DNA of 64,000 nucleotides from Octopus vulgaris (taxonomy: Eukaryota): NCBI GenBank assembly GCA_951406725.2, contig OX597822.1, positions 87,730,001-87,794,000 on the forward strand, written 5' to 3'. Numbering within the stretch: position 1 is the first letter of the stretch; the number at the start of each line of letters is the position of its first letter. A model generated the notes under the pieces. That model worked only from the letters and a program-made list of their open reading frames with translations, did no database searches and was not told the DNA's origin. A program made the translations under genes and the position numbers. Below, piece by piece: positions 12,093 to 25,479 of the stretch.

Positions 12093-13131
12093 ATGATAGC
12101 TTCTGTTACCTAAGTGACCAAGTCAGTAGTGGGGATGGATGCTCTGAGAGCATAGCTGCTAGATTAGGAATAGCCTGGGCAAAGTTCAGGGGGCTCCTAT
12201 CTCAGTGGGTAACAAAGGGCCTCTTGCTCAGAATGAAAGGTACACAGTTTGATGCATGTGTGTGAACAGCCATGCTACATGGCAGTGAAACATGGGCTGT
12301 GACTGCTGAGGTCATGCGTAGGGTTGAAAGAAATAAAGCTACTATGTGTAATGTCAGTGTGCATACATGACAGAGTGTCAGCACCCTGAGAGAAAAGATG
12401 GACAAAAGAAGCATCAGATGTGGTGTGCAAGAGAAACAACTACGCTGGTGTGGTCATGTATTGTGTATGGATGAGGACAGCTATGTGAAGAAGTGTCACG
12501 CCCTAAGACTGGAAGGAATCTGTGAAAGAGGTAGACCCAGAAAGACATGGAATGAGGCGGTGAAGCACGACCTTCAAGCGTTGGGCCTCAGAGAGGCAAT
12601 GACAAGCAACTGAGACCTTTGGAGATATGCTGTGATTGAGAAGACCCGGCAAGTCAAATGAGATTACAGCCAATGCTGATGCCAGTGTCGCATAACCGGC
12701 CCATTCAAAAGTACTCATCAATTGTTGAGTAATATGTTGTGCTTGAGAAGACCTGTTGAATTAAGCGAAATCGTAGTTGTAGCTGATGCCAGTGCCTTGT
12801 CTGTCACCAGTGCCGGTGACATGTAAGAAGCACCATTTGAGCCAGGGTTATGCCAGTGCCACCTGACTGGCTTCCATGCCGATGGTATGTAAAAAGCACC
12901 ATTCAAGTATGGTCAATGCCAGTGCCACCTGACTGCCCCCCCCCTCATGCTGGTGGCACGTAAAAAGCATTCACTGTGCTCCAACAATGGTTGGCGTTAA
13001 GATGGGCATCCAGCTGTAGAAACTTTGCCAGATCAAATTGGAGCCTGGTGCAGCCTCCTGGCTTGCCAATCCTCATTCAAACCGTCCAACTCATGCCAGC
13101 ATGGAAAGCTGATGTTAAATAATGACGATGA
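12093..13131 (+). mobile_element. RTE-clade LINE 3' fragment
   Basis: SFCYLSDQV..ARLGIAWAKF, QLRWCGHV, RGRPRKTW, repeated 3' UTR motifs and GAT tail. Confidence 0.88.
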
Positions 13132-13134
13132 TAT

Positions 13135-14950
13135 ATCATCATCATCGATTAACATTTGTTGTCCATGCTGGCATGGATTGGACAGTTTAAATGGGGTGGA
13201 ACACTGGAAGGCTGCACTAGGACCCAGTCTGATTTGACATGACTTTCTATGGCTGGATACCCTTCCTAACGCCAACCACTCTGAGTGTAATGGGTGCTTT
13301 TACATGCCATCGGCATGGGTGCCATTTGCATGACACTGGTATCTACCCCGACAGCGATTTTGCTCTGCCTGATGGGTTTCTTTACAAGCACAACATAATG
13401 CCAAAGGTCTTCCTCATTGCCACCATGAAGCTCAAAACTTGGAGGAAGCTCAGCCACTTGGTCTCCTTGAAGCTCAAAACTCGAAAGGAAAGCAGCCACT
13501 TTGCCTCCACGAGGCCCAATTCTTGAAAGGAACTCAGCCACCTCACCTCCGTGAGGCCTGCTCAATAGAAACTCAGCCACCTCAACCCATGAGGCCCAGC
13601 ACTCGAAAGGAACTCAGCCACTTTGCCTCCATGAGGCCCAACATTCAAAAGGAGCTCAGCCAATTTGCCTCTGTGTGGCCTGAAGTTCAAAGGTTGATTT
13701 TTTTTTTACATGCCATTAGCATGGGTGCACTTAGCTTCACAGGTCCTCTTAAGCAGAGCATATCATCAAAGGTCTCAGTCACTAGTCATTGCCTCTGTGA
13801 GTTTGAAAGTAATGCTTCACCACCTCATCACATGTCTTCCTGGGTCTACCTCTACCACAAGTTCCCTCCAGAGTTAGAGATTGGTACTTCTTTACACAAC
13901 TGTCCTTGTCCATACACATCACATGACCATATCAGTGCCATCTCTCTTGTGCGCCACATCTGATTCCTCTTATGCTCAACTTTTCTCTCAAGATACATAC
14001 ATTCTGTCAAACATGCACACTGACATTGCACATCCAGTGAAACATACTGGATTCATTTCTCTCAAGCCTATGCATGTCCTTGGCTGTTATAGCCCATGTT
14101 TCACTGCCATGCAGCATAGCTGTTTGCACATAGGCATCTTACAATCTGCCTTTCACTCTGAGAGACAGAGAGCTCAGAGCTCTCTGAAATGTGCTCAGCC
14201 TAATCTTATTCTCACAGCTACGCTCTCAGAACAACCATCTCTGCTACTAACCTGGTTGCCTAGATACTGGAAGCTATCTACTACCTCTAGCTTGATCCCC
14301 TGGCAGTTGATGGGGTCTATTTTCTGTACATGTTCAGCATTTATTATGCTTGTGCACCTTTCACATAGAAAAGTTAGTTTCTCTGTTAAACTTCCTTTGA
14401 TATCGCTGCACCTTTTGTGTGTCCAAATCTTACACTGGGTGCATCTTATGGAGCTTTTACCTAAACCTTTTCTACAGATTGAGCAGGGACATCTGCCTGA
14501 GGGGATATGTGATTTGTCTGCCTTCCTACTTACTATGACTTTGGTTTTTCCTAGGTTAACTCTAAGGCCCTTTAATTCTAGGCCTTGTTTCCATACTCAG
14601 ATAGTGATTCAGCAATCAGAGCAAGGTTATTAGCAAAGAGGAGCTCCCAGGGGTAGCCTGTCTCGATTTCCTTCATTATTGCCTGGAGGATTATGATGAA
14701 CAAGAGGGGACTGAGCACTGATCCTTGGTGAACCCCTACTTCTACCCAGAATTCTTCACTGTACTCGTTGCCCACCTTCACCTTAGTGGAGGCATCCCTG
14801 TACAAGGCTTGTACAGCTCTCACCTATCACTTGTCTATCCCTAGTTTCCACATTGACCACCAGATAAGGGATCGGGAGACTCTGTAAAAAGCTTTCTTCA
14901 AGTCAACAAAGCCAAGTACAGAGGTTTATCTTTGGCTAGGTATTTCTCCT
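13135..14950 (-). mobile_element. RTE-clade LINE 3' half (decayed RT)
   Basis: (CAT)n tail at 13135; minus-strand GVHQGSVLSPLLF and WELLFANNLAL (decayed YADD). A ~41-bp minisatellite lies in the 3' UTR at ~13410-13700. Confidence 0.88.
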
Positions 14951-15050
14951 ATATTAAAACTATGTAAGAGTGCATATTTTCCTTTTTTAATTTCTTATAT
15001 ACATCACAACTCACCACGTGGGGATAATGGAAATTCCTCTTTTCTGTTAC

Positions 15051-15088
<38 letters not shown>

Positions 15089-15149
15089 ATGTATATATAT
15101 ATATGTATGTATATATATATATGTATGAATGTATGTATATGTATATGCA

Positions 15150-15295
15150 TATATAGTTAATCCAAACATGAAAACACAAAGAGAAAACACATCAACGTTA
15201 GGACCTGGAACAAGTATAGTATTATTGGACGCTCAGGAAAGAAGGAAAGAAGGAGGGTTTAACGTTTCGAGCGGAGCTCTTCGTCAAAAACATAA
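15150..15295 (-). mobile_element. Short PLE-like repeat with a minimal type I hammerhead motif (C3U)
   Basis: Minus strand: gttt-TTGACGA-a-gagc-tcc-gctc-GAAA-cg-TT-aaac (~15257-15291). Confidence 0.65.
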
Positions 15296-15304
15296 CATAT
15301 ATGT

Positions 15305-15336
<32 letters not shown>

Positions 15337-15339
15337 TTG

Positions 15340-15755
15340 AAAGCATGGTTATACAGGTAAGAAGCTTGCTTTCTAACCATGTGTCCTTCAGCTCAGTTCC
15401 TTCAGGTAGAACTTTGGCAAGTGTCTTATACAATAGCCCTGGGCCAACAAAAGCCTTGTGAATGGATTTGTTAGACAGAAACTGACAGAAGTTTGTCATG
15501 TATGTGTGTGTGTGTTTATCTATTTCAGTGTCTGTCTCTGTGTTTGTGTTGTATTTGTCCCCCACCACTGTCTCACAACTGCTGTTAGTTTGTTTATATT
15601 CCCTTAACTTTATACCTTAGCTGATCGGCTAAAGAGACCACTATCATGAATAGCAGGCTTTCAAAATAAGTACTGGAGTTTATTTGTTCTACTAAACCCT
15701 TCAAGGTGGTGCCCCAGTATGACCACAGTTCAATGAGTGAAACAAGTGAAAAAAC
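15340..15755 (+). mobile_element. tRNA-derived SINE, older copy
   Basis: Diverged inverse copy of the SINE at 15797-16196, ending in tgaaacaagtgaaaa. Confidence 0.8.
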
Positions 15756-15796
15756 AAAAAAAAAACAAAAAAAACAAATACACACACACACGCATC

Positions 15797-16196
15797 TCTT
15801 TTACTCTCTTTTACTTGTTTCAGTCATTTGACTGCGGCCATGCTGGAGCACCGCCTGTAATCGAGCAACTCGACCCCGGGACTTATTCTTTTGTAAGCCC
15901 AGTACTTATTCTATCGGTCTCTTTTGCCAAACCGCTAAGTAACGGAGATATAAACACACCAGCATCGGTTGTCAAGCAATGCTAGGGGGACAAACACAGA
16001 CATACAAACACACACACACATATATATATATACGACGAGCTTCTTTCAGTTTCTGTCTACCAAATCCACTCGCAAGGCTTTGGTCGGCCTGAGGCTATAG
16101 TAGAAGACACTTGCCCAAAGTGCCATGCAGTGGGACTGAACCCGGAACCATGTGGTTGGTAAACAAGCTACTAACCACACAGCCACTCCTGCACCT
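15797..16196 (-). mobile_element. tRNA-derived SINE, full length
   Basis: Head aggtgcaggagtggctgtgtggttagt..gggttcagtccc (A/B boxes), internal (AT)/(GT) run, purine-rich tail; closely similar to 28181-28573. Confidence 0.9.
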
Positions 16197-16659
16197 ATGT
16201 ATAATATATAAACATTGTGACTAACCAGGAAACTATTTTGTTCCCCTCCATGCAGAAATACTTTTAAAGGTGAGAAATAATTGTGTCAAAGAGGAAGCTT
16301 TTGTAATTGTTTATCTGTTTGTCACACCTTTGCCATTCAACCCTACAACAATTTACTTGTCTTTAAAATCAACTGATCAATTCAATGATTGAGTGGGTGT
16401 AACATGAATTCAAACAACAAATTTAGATTCACAAGAATCTCATGGAAGTAACTGAACTAAAATAATGAAATTGAGCATAAGTATAATATGATTGTGTGGT
16501 GTGTTGTGGTGTGAGTGTGCGCGCGTGTGCATGTGTGTGTGTGTGTAGGTATTTTTGTCTGTGTGTAGTTGGTATGAATGTTAGAATACCTCTATGTATT
16601 TTTGATTGTGTATTCTGTTCCAATCTGTGCACATTTATATGAAGGTGTAGTTGAGTGTA

Positions 16660-17169
<510 letters not shown>

Positions 17170-17170
<1 letters not shown>

Positions 17171-18460
17171 AACTCCTCTATGCTGATGACCTTGCTCTCA
17201 TAGCTGAATCACTACTAGAAGAAGAGAAGAAATTTCAGGTTTGGAAGCAAGGTTTAGAATTGAAGGGCCTTAGAGTCAATGTTGCATGGAAAACTGACAT
17301 TAAACGACGATGGTGCTGATTGATGATACATATGAGATGTTTGGCAATATGAGTTTCTTGAGAAGACCCACTCGCATCAGTAAAACTGAGCTCTAACAGC
17401 TCTGTGTGTACCACCAACACTTAACAAGAAAATTTTTCACACACCTTACCACAACAAGCCAAATTACAACCCTACATCTCTTCTCTTTCTCGCATTTCCC
17501 CTTAATGCACTATACTTACCCCACCACTCCCCAATCCAGTCCTCTTGGCCCTGTCTCAATGTATCATTGCTCTCCACTAGATGCCCCGAGTAGCGTGTTC
17601 CACCCACACACCCTATCTCACTGTATCATTGATATCTACTAGCCCCAGACCTATGTGTTCCACCCACACATAAGAAAACTTTTCACACACCCTACTGCAA
17701 CAAATCAATCTACATCCTTTCCCTTCCTCACATTTCCTCCTTCATATACTATTTCTACCTCTCACTCCCAAATCTTGTCCTTACAGCCCATTTTCTCTGT
17801 ATCATAGCTATCTGATAGTCCCCCTACCCACTATATATATACTCAGGTTTTTGCCACTCATTCCCCGTCTCCACACCCTCTAATCAGGTTTCTTTTGCAA
17901 TATCCTGCCACATATTATGACGTTCGAACCTCAAGGATATGCCCTGGAATTTGCTACCATTTATATCTCTCTCTTCCTTTACTCAACCATCCTATATCTA
18001 TTCTGATCCCTGTCCCTTGTGAGTATGCCCAGCACTTTGCTACCATCTCTATCCTACTGTCTCTCACACTCCCTCTCCTTCTTCTGCACTTCCCTCAGGT
18101 TGGGTAACCATGTATCTCCTTTGCAGCAGCGCACCTGTTTCTATCTCCATTCCTGATCTCTCTTTTGCAAGGTACTTGCAAGGTACTTTTGTCTTGCAAG
18201 GTACTTACCCTGTCAGTGCAGATGCCACTTAAAAAGCATCCAGTCCATACTGTAAAGTGGTTGGTGTCTGGAAGGGTATCCAGCTGTAAAACCTTGCCAA
18301 AACTGACCTCGCCTATGCTTGTGTCATGTAAAAAGCACTAAGTCTACTGTGCTGCAGTGTGATTGGTGTTTGGGAGGGCATCCAGCTGTAAAAACCTTGC
18401 CTGTGCTTGTGCCACATAAAAAACACTAAGCCCACTCTACTGAGTGGTTGATGTTAGAAA
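17170..18460 (+). mobile_element. RTE remnants: short RT fragment plus 3' UTR-like repeated segments
   Basis: ELLYADDLALIAESL at 17170; three copies of aaaaagca..tggttggtgt..ggaagggcatccagctgtaaaa at 18230-18460. Confidence 0.6.
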
Positions 18461-18462
18461 AG

Positions 18463-19372
18463 AATTGAAAATGGTACCCAAAAAACTTATGTATGGCCTG
18501 GATAGACTTCAAAAAAGCTTACGACATGTTGCCACATTCATGGATTTGGGAATCACTTAACATGTGTGGAATAACTAAGAACGTGTATGCACCAATTAAG
18601 AACAGCATGCATAGTTGGAAAACATGTCTTTCTGGTAACAACCAGCACTTTGCCAAAGTAACAATCAAAAGAGGTATCTTCTAAGGAGACTGTTGTTCAC
18701 CTCTGTTATTTGTTATAGCCTTGATCCCACTTTCTGTTGTCCTATGCAAAATCAGTGTGCAGTATGAGCTGAGAAAGAATAGGCCTTGTCTCAACCACCT
18801 TCTCTTCATGGATGATTTAAAACTGTTTGCAAAAACAGAGCCTGAAGTGGAGAGGCTGGTTGAGACTGAGCAAATGTGCAGCAAGGATATAGGGATGGAA
18901 TTCAGTATCTCGAAATGTGCAGTGCTTACTTTGAAGCAGGAGAAAAGAGTAAATTGTAGGGGCATAGAATTGCCAAACGGAGAGAGAATGGAAGACCTGG
19001 ATGATGATGGGTACAAGTACTTTGAGATTCTGGAGCTGGACAATATCTTGCACAAAGAAATGAAAGACAAGGTCATCACTGCATAGTTCAAGTACCTTAA
19101 ACTTCTTTTGAAATCAAAATTCAACTCGAGGAATCTAGTAACTGTCATCATCATGGGTGGTTGCTGTAGTCCGCTATAGTGCACCCATCCTGAAATGTAC
19201 ACAAGTGGAGATTATCCAAATTGGTCGCACTACTCAAAAGACAATGACAATGTATGGTGCCCTCCACTCTAAGGTGAATGTACATATACAGGCTCTATAT
19301 GAAGATTGGTAAAGGTGGATGTGGGCTGATTAGCATACGGGAGTGCATCAACAGTGAAAGAAGAAACATGGC
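18463..19372 (+). pseudogene. R4/Dong-like non-LTR retrotransposon RT fragment
   Basis: AWIDFKKAYDMLPHSWI, KRGIF*GD..SPLLF, NHLLFMDDLKLFAK, DIGMEF..SKC; this motif set is typical of RLE-type R4/Dong RTs. Confidence 0.82.
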
Positions 19373-19374
19373 AC

Positions 19375-19824
19375 AATATTTGATAACTCATGGATGGTGA
19401 TTTGAGGATTTCCCCTCTCAGCTGCACACACATCTGCGATGTTTTTCTCAGTTCTGCAGGTTGTGGGTCTCCCAGAACATTCGTCAACATTGACATTTTT
19501 TCTGCCATTTTGAAAATGTCTGAACCACTCATACACTCGTGCGTGGCTCACACACTCCTTTCCATACACTTTCCGTGACTTTGTATAGGCCTCTGTGCAG
19601 TTGTTGCCATGACAACTTTCTCTGTCATGGTCAATGTAATGATTACAAGCTACACACCTTCCTTCCAAGCACTACTGTTAACAGCAGAAATGAGCGAGAA
19701 CATTAAAACTTAGTGTGCATGCATAATAGAGTTCAAGGTCAATCTATGCCAAGCAGCTTCACTCTGTGTGCTTTAGTGTCATTACTATGGCAACAATCCT
19801 GATACTTATCAATCAGCCCTTATA
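19375..19824 (-). mobile_element. Mariner 5' half
   Basis: KVYGKECVSHARVYEWFRHFQNGR..DECSGRPTT; TIR-like TAtaagggctgattgataagt at the right end. Confidence 0.78.
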
Positions 19825-21353
19825 AATAAATAGAAATTTCTAGAAATTTTTTAAAAGTATCTAAATATGTTTATAACATGTTTTTTCAACAAATTCATAT
19901 AAGTGATTGTCTCCAGTCCATCCCCACTTCCACATACAAACACAGACTACAAAGCCAATTGCTAAACAATCTTCTTCTCAGCTTGTTGCAAATCAATTTT
20001 ATTCTCTGGGTGTGGTTGTGCATGATATGAAATAAGTTTTTACAGAATCACTCCTCAGAAAAGTATTTAAATTGTATTTAGAGGTGTGGTAAGAGAATAG
20101 TTAATGTTGAGATCAACTACTGGTATAGTATTTAAGATCATGCAGCTCACCTGCTAACTGAGAGATAAAGAATTTAAAAATCAAGTAAGATATAACTATG
20201 ATATGTTGTTCTTTTATCCTAACCCATCCTAGTTACATAGTTAAAACTTTCTTTTCTTGTTTGGCTACTTGTCTCTAGGAGAGGTATACTTACACAACTA
20301 TGAAATGTTTCTGCGACAACAAGAAAATTATTCAAAACATGGACAAAAACAAACAGGAATTATTTTTAGAGAATCAGTTTTATATATGTGTAAGGGCTTT
20401 GTTGTGTACAATTCAATCAAAGACTAGACTCATTTGGGGGCTTTGAGTAAGCATTGTAAACAAGATCAAAATAAAATACCTTTCACTTGCATAATTTTCA
20501 ACAGCTGTAAGCAATAACTGTTGATAGAGTCTTATTGTGAAGTAAGTTGAACCAATATGAATTTAGAATAGGCTATGCAATGCAGTATGATAGAGAGGGG
20601 TTAAAAAAAAAAACAATATTAATCAATTATTTTCATATTGATGGCAAGTCTGTTAAGCACAGAAAACTAATATTTAGCTGAAATTACTCAGATCATTTTC
20701 AAGAATGTGCAATGGGGTATATTATATAGTGGTTGTTTTTGTTGTTGTTTTCCCTTCTTTTTTTTTTGCATTACTTCTACTATCACAGTGAAAGTTATAA
20801 TTTGCTAAAGAGGTTAGAGAAAGATTGGAATGTGAAATTAACCTATTTTCTTGTCACAAATTGAAAATAATATTATGCAGTTACTAGTATTATTGTTCTT
20901 CTCATCTCATATTTATTTCTTGTTAAGTTTTTTATGTGCCATGCATTAAATAACAATTGTTGTTATTTAGCTTCTGGTCAGCTATGATCAAGTAAGTCCA
21001 TTGATAAAATGTATTCCAGCTGTGACCATCCAATATTTATGTAGGACTAAATTTTTGATGTGCCTTTATCTAAAAAAGCAACTTAGTCTTTGAATACAAG
21101 ATACATGAATTAAATAAGTATCAATATAATTAATGAAAAATCTCTTGAAATTAGCTCTAGACTTGGTTATTGCTTACTTTCAATGAAAGCAATAGTAATT
21201 CATAATTTATGTTCTGAAACAGCCCTATGTCAAGCTATTACTGTTTCTGCAGCATTTTTCTTTAGCATCACCAAATCCACCATTATCAACAGTAATTTAG
21301 CTTCAAAACACTCAGTGAGAAAAAAAAACTCCAAATTAAAATTTAGAAGTTTA

Positions 21354-22377
21354 CTAGCATTAAAGACCCGTCGTTGCCGGATCATAGTGTTAGTGCATGT
21401 ATATATGTGTATATATATGTGTACATATTACATGTACATCTATATATATACATCTACACATAAAATACAAAATACAAAGTTATATCTTGATATCGCTAGT
21501 GATAATAATACTCAAAATATATAACAGACTGGAATTGTAGGCCCATCTCTTGCAATTTCGATCAATTGGATCTTGTCCTCCCTCTTTAATAGAAGTGTAC
21601 GGCTGCAGCGAAATTCATTTTTGGACTTTCTTCTATCGAAGGCATTTTAACAAAAATGCTTCCGTAAAGACAGTGAAAATATTGTCAATTTTCCCAAACA
21701 GGGACACAATTCAATTTTTAAACAATAACCAAAGCCCCTTCTCCGAAAGGGGGAGGGTTACGGTTTACAATTATTTAACAAATGCAACACAACCACATTT
21801 CCCTGGCGAGAAACCAACAAACGTGATTACAATAGTCAAACAGTAATAATAATAACAACAAACCTTTTTAATGTATCCCCATTTATGTGAAAACACTTAT
21901 TCAAGTTCAAGTCATTGATGCAATTTTATACAAATTGCTAATACACACACACACACATAATAAGGGTGAAAAATTGAATATTAATTTGATTAATATGAAT
22001 TGAAAACCAGTAGTGTAGCATATAAGACCATAGCAGATCTTCTTCTAGCAAAAAGGATGACCAATATTAATGGTTCATCCCTGTTATATAATACTTTCAT
22101 TTTAATAGTTTCAGTATTAAAATGAAAGTGTCTGTATTACAATAGAGAGATGTTTTTGTTTCACTTTTAACACGTAATACTGAAATAGTGGAGAAGATAT
22201 GATATTGCTGTGGGGTCACCCTAGGGAAAAAGTTAAGATTTTTTTGCCGATGACACTCCCCGGACCTTAAGTAAGGCATGTGTAAAATTTGAATGAAATT
22301 GGTTGTGTAGTTCTCAAGTTTTAGGGATTCACACAGACAGACAGACAGACACACATTCTCAGTTTTATATATATAGA
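21354..22377 (-). mobile_element. Non-autonomous Helitron
   Basis: Minus strand starts A|TC (tctatatatataaaa), has a (TCTG)n run, and ends with hairpin gatccg..cgggtc and CTAG|T. Confidence 0.8.
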
Positions 22378-22387
22378 TATATATATA

Positions 22388-22612
22388 ACGGGAAGGTTTA
22401 CGAAAATAAACGAAAGATGAAGGCAGGTTTACGAAAATAAGCAAAAGACGAAGGCAGGTGGAGTACAAACAAACAATTGTATTCGTATGGCGCTCAGGAA
22501 TAGAAATAAAACAAGTCTTTTACGTTTCGAGCCTACGCTCTTCGACAGAAAGATACACAGAAAAGAAACAAGGAGAGAGAAAAATGCGTGTAGGAGCTAA
22601 CGATCCAACATG
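22388..22612 (-). mobile_element. ~200-bp PLE-like repeat with hammerhead-like motif (copy 1)
   Basis: Reverse complement of 46855-47055; tcttt-CTGTCGA-a-gagc-gtag-gctc-GAAA-cg-TA-aaaga at 22516-22553. Confidence 0.75.
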
Positions 22613-22642
22613 TGTGTGTGTGTGTATGTATATATATGTATA

Positions 22643-23655
22643 TCATCATCATCATTGTCGTCTAACATCCGCTTTCCATCCTGGCATGGGTTGGATGGTT
22701 TAACTGAGGGCTGGTGAGCCAGAAGCACTAGGCTCCAATCTAATCTGACAAAGTTTCTACAGCTGGATGCCCTTCCTAATGCCAACCACTCCAAGAGTGT
22801 ATTGGGTGCTTTTTACATGCCACCGATATGCAAGCCAGTCAGGCAGCACTGGCAACAATCACACTCAAATGGTGCTTTTAACACGCCACTGGCATGGGTG
22901 CCAATCAGGTGGTACTGTCATCGGCTACAACAATAATTTCACTTGCCTCAGAAGGTCTTCTTCACAAGCGCTGTTTATTGCCCAATGATTGAAGAGTACA
23001 CTTAAATGGGCTGGTTATGCTGCACTGGCATAGGCCATGGTTATGGTCTCACTTGGTTTGCCAGGTCTTCTCAAGCACAGCATATCTCCAAAGGACTCAG
23101 TCACTTATCATTGCCTCGGTAAGGCCCACTGTTCAAAGGTTGTGCTTCACCACCTCATCCCAGGTCTTCCTCTTCCACAGGTTCCCTCTACTGCTAGGGT
23201 GTGACACTTTTTCACACGGCTGTCCTCATCCATTCACAACATATGACCATACCAGTGCAGGTGTCTCTCTTATACACCACATCTCATGCTTCTTAAGTTC
23301 AACTTTTCTCTCAGGGTGCTGACACTCTGTCATGTATGCACACTGACATTACACATCCAGCGGAGCATACTGGCTACATTCCTTGCAAGCTTATGCATAT
23401 CCTCAGCAGTTACACCCCATATTTCATTGCCATGTAGCATGGCTGTTCACACACATGCATCATACAGTCTACCTTTTACTCTGAGCGAGAGGCCCTTTGT
23501 TACCATCAGAGGTAGGAGCTCTCTGAACTTTGCCAAGGCTATTCTTATTCTAATAGCTACACTTTCAGAGCATCCCCATCCCCCACTATTGACTTGGTCA
23601 CCTAGATAACAGAAGCTATCAACTACTTGTAGTTTTTCCCCCTGGAATATGGCAG
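22643..23655 (-). mobile_element. RTE-clade LINE 3' fragment
   Basis: (CAT)n tail, 3' UTR, and VVDSFCYLGDQV..IRIALAKFRELLP..VKGRLYDACV. Confidence 0.88.
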
Positions 23656-23779
23656 AAGCTGTTCTCTGCACATTTTCTATATTTTGTAACTGTCACAATA
23701 TAGAAACATTTCTCAAGGCACAATTTAGAAATGCTTACATTTTTTATATTTTCCGTGAAGTTTTCATAGGTCCAGCTAG

Positions 23780-24372
23780 TTATTATTATTATTACTATCA
23801 TTATTATTATTATTATTATTATTGAGTGAGTGAGAGAGCAATGCATGCCATCAAAGTGACACTGGGGTAAAATATACGAAGTCCAGTATACCCATCATGA
23901 CTACCCGCCTGATAAGGGTACACTAGGCACATGCATCACAACCATATGTGCATGACATGGTGATTTCATATCAAGATAAACAGCACATGACCTTGCAGGT
24001 GGGGCCCAGTTAGAATTTTTTCCAGGTTGAGTAGCCCATCCCACTCAAAAGGTCCCTGAATAAGGATTGTTTAAGGATGTTGAATGAACCACCCATGTTT
24101 CCAAAGGTGAATTATCCAAGCCTCTAAAAATTCCTTTCAACACACGGCTATGATGCTCCCCCACTACTTCTGCATATGATCAGAGATGCACAAATTGTCA
24201 GCCACCAAGGGACATGGTCAACTGGTTAAGGTCAAACAACTGACGAGCAAATCTGTGGTATTGAGCAGAATATTTGCTGTAGCCCATCTTTTATACCAAG
24301 ACAAAAAAATGTAAATGATAACACTTCCAATCAGTTAAGATCAGAAGCCACGAGAGCCACTGTCTGGTACAT
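23780..24372 (-). mobile_element. Interspersed repeat with (AAT)n tail (SINE or LINE 3' end, family uncertain)
   Basis: (ATT)n at 23780-23823 abutting a GC-richer segment; recognised from memory as a common Octopus repeat. Confidence 0.5.
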
Positions 24373-24565
24373 CATCGTCGTCATCGTCGTCGTCGTCATC
24401 GTCGTCGTCGTCATCATCACCACCATCATCACCATCACCATCACCATCACCATCACCACCACCACCACCATCATCATCACCACCACCACCACCACCACCA
24501 CCACCACCATCACCATCACCATCACCATCATCATCATCATCATCATCATCATCATTATTATTAAT
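24370..24565. repeat. Compound (CAT/CGT/CAC)n microsatellite
   Basis: Directly visible. Confidence 0.95.
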
Positions 24566-24779
24566 AAGATAGTAATTGCTCATACAAACATGTGGATGTA
24601 TATTATGATAGCATTTTGGCTAAATTTATCTATAGTTACAACTCTGCATGGGTTAAGGTTATCCATGTTTGCTACATTTATATTTTGTTAACTATTATTA
24701 ATTTCTATTATATTCTTTATTTTAATTTTAGTTCTTTTATTATGTCCATTCATGTAGTTAAATGTGCCTACTTTTAGAT

Positions 24780-25265
24780 CATTACACATATTATTAACCA
24801 AAGGTTGAATATATTTAATTTTATTTTTATACCCTTCCTTAGCTAGTGCATTATTATAGAAGTCCTTATTTTCATTAAAAATTCCTCATTATATGAGAGG
24901 TAATTAATCCTTTTTTCAATATTTGGAACTAAACAATGAGTTATTGACTTAGGACATTTACTTTTAAAGTTAATGTAAGTTAATTTAGAGTTTGGTTTAT
25001 GGTAAGGTGCATATCTACTTGTTTTTAGGTTAAAATTAACAGAATTATTATCTTTTTCTATCGAAATAGATAGTCTAAATCTCTTGAAAAACCGATGGAA
25101 TTTTTTCTTATAAATCACAAGTTTCCTATTAGTTGGGGTTTTTTTTTATGACAAGAAGTGCATTGTCCCTTATACAGACCTTCCCTTATTTCTGGAAATT
25201 CACTATTAAAGTTGAATAGAATATGTATTCCAACAAGCTCTGTCACCTGTGCAGAATCAGTCATA
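24780..25265 (-). pseudogene. Penelope-like RT remnant (Hydra-clade-like motifs)
   Basis: TDSAQVTELVGIHILF, a decayed YRDDALL-like motif, and YAPYHKPNSKLTYINFKS..P.SI..RINYLS. Confidence 0.65.
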
Positions 25266-25479
25266 CTCTGTTAATAAATTAATTTATTAACCATGTTAAT
25301 AAATTAATTTATATCTTTACCAACTCTCTATTTTCTCAACTTTTATTGAATAAAACTTATAATAGTCCCATATATATCATTTAGACTTCTCTTGGATGAG
25401 TTGTGGATTAAACTAATGACATTTTGGGATATATTAATCCCTTATGAGGATAAGACATCCTCGAATTGACTGAATACAG

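Noticed and set aside
13881-14633. 250-aa plus-strand ORF
   Set aside because: Antisense shadow of the decayed RTE RT.
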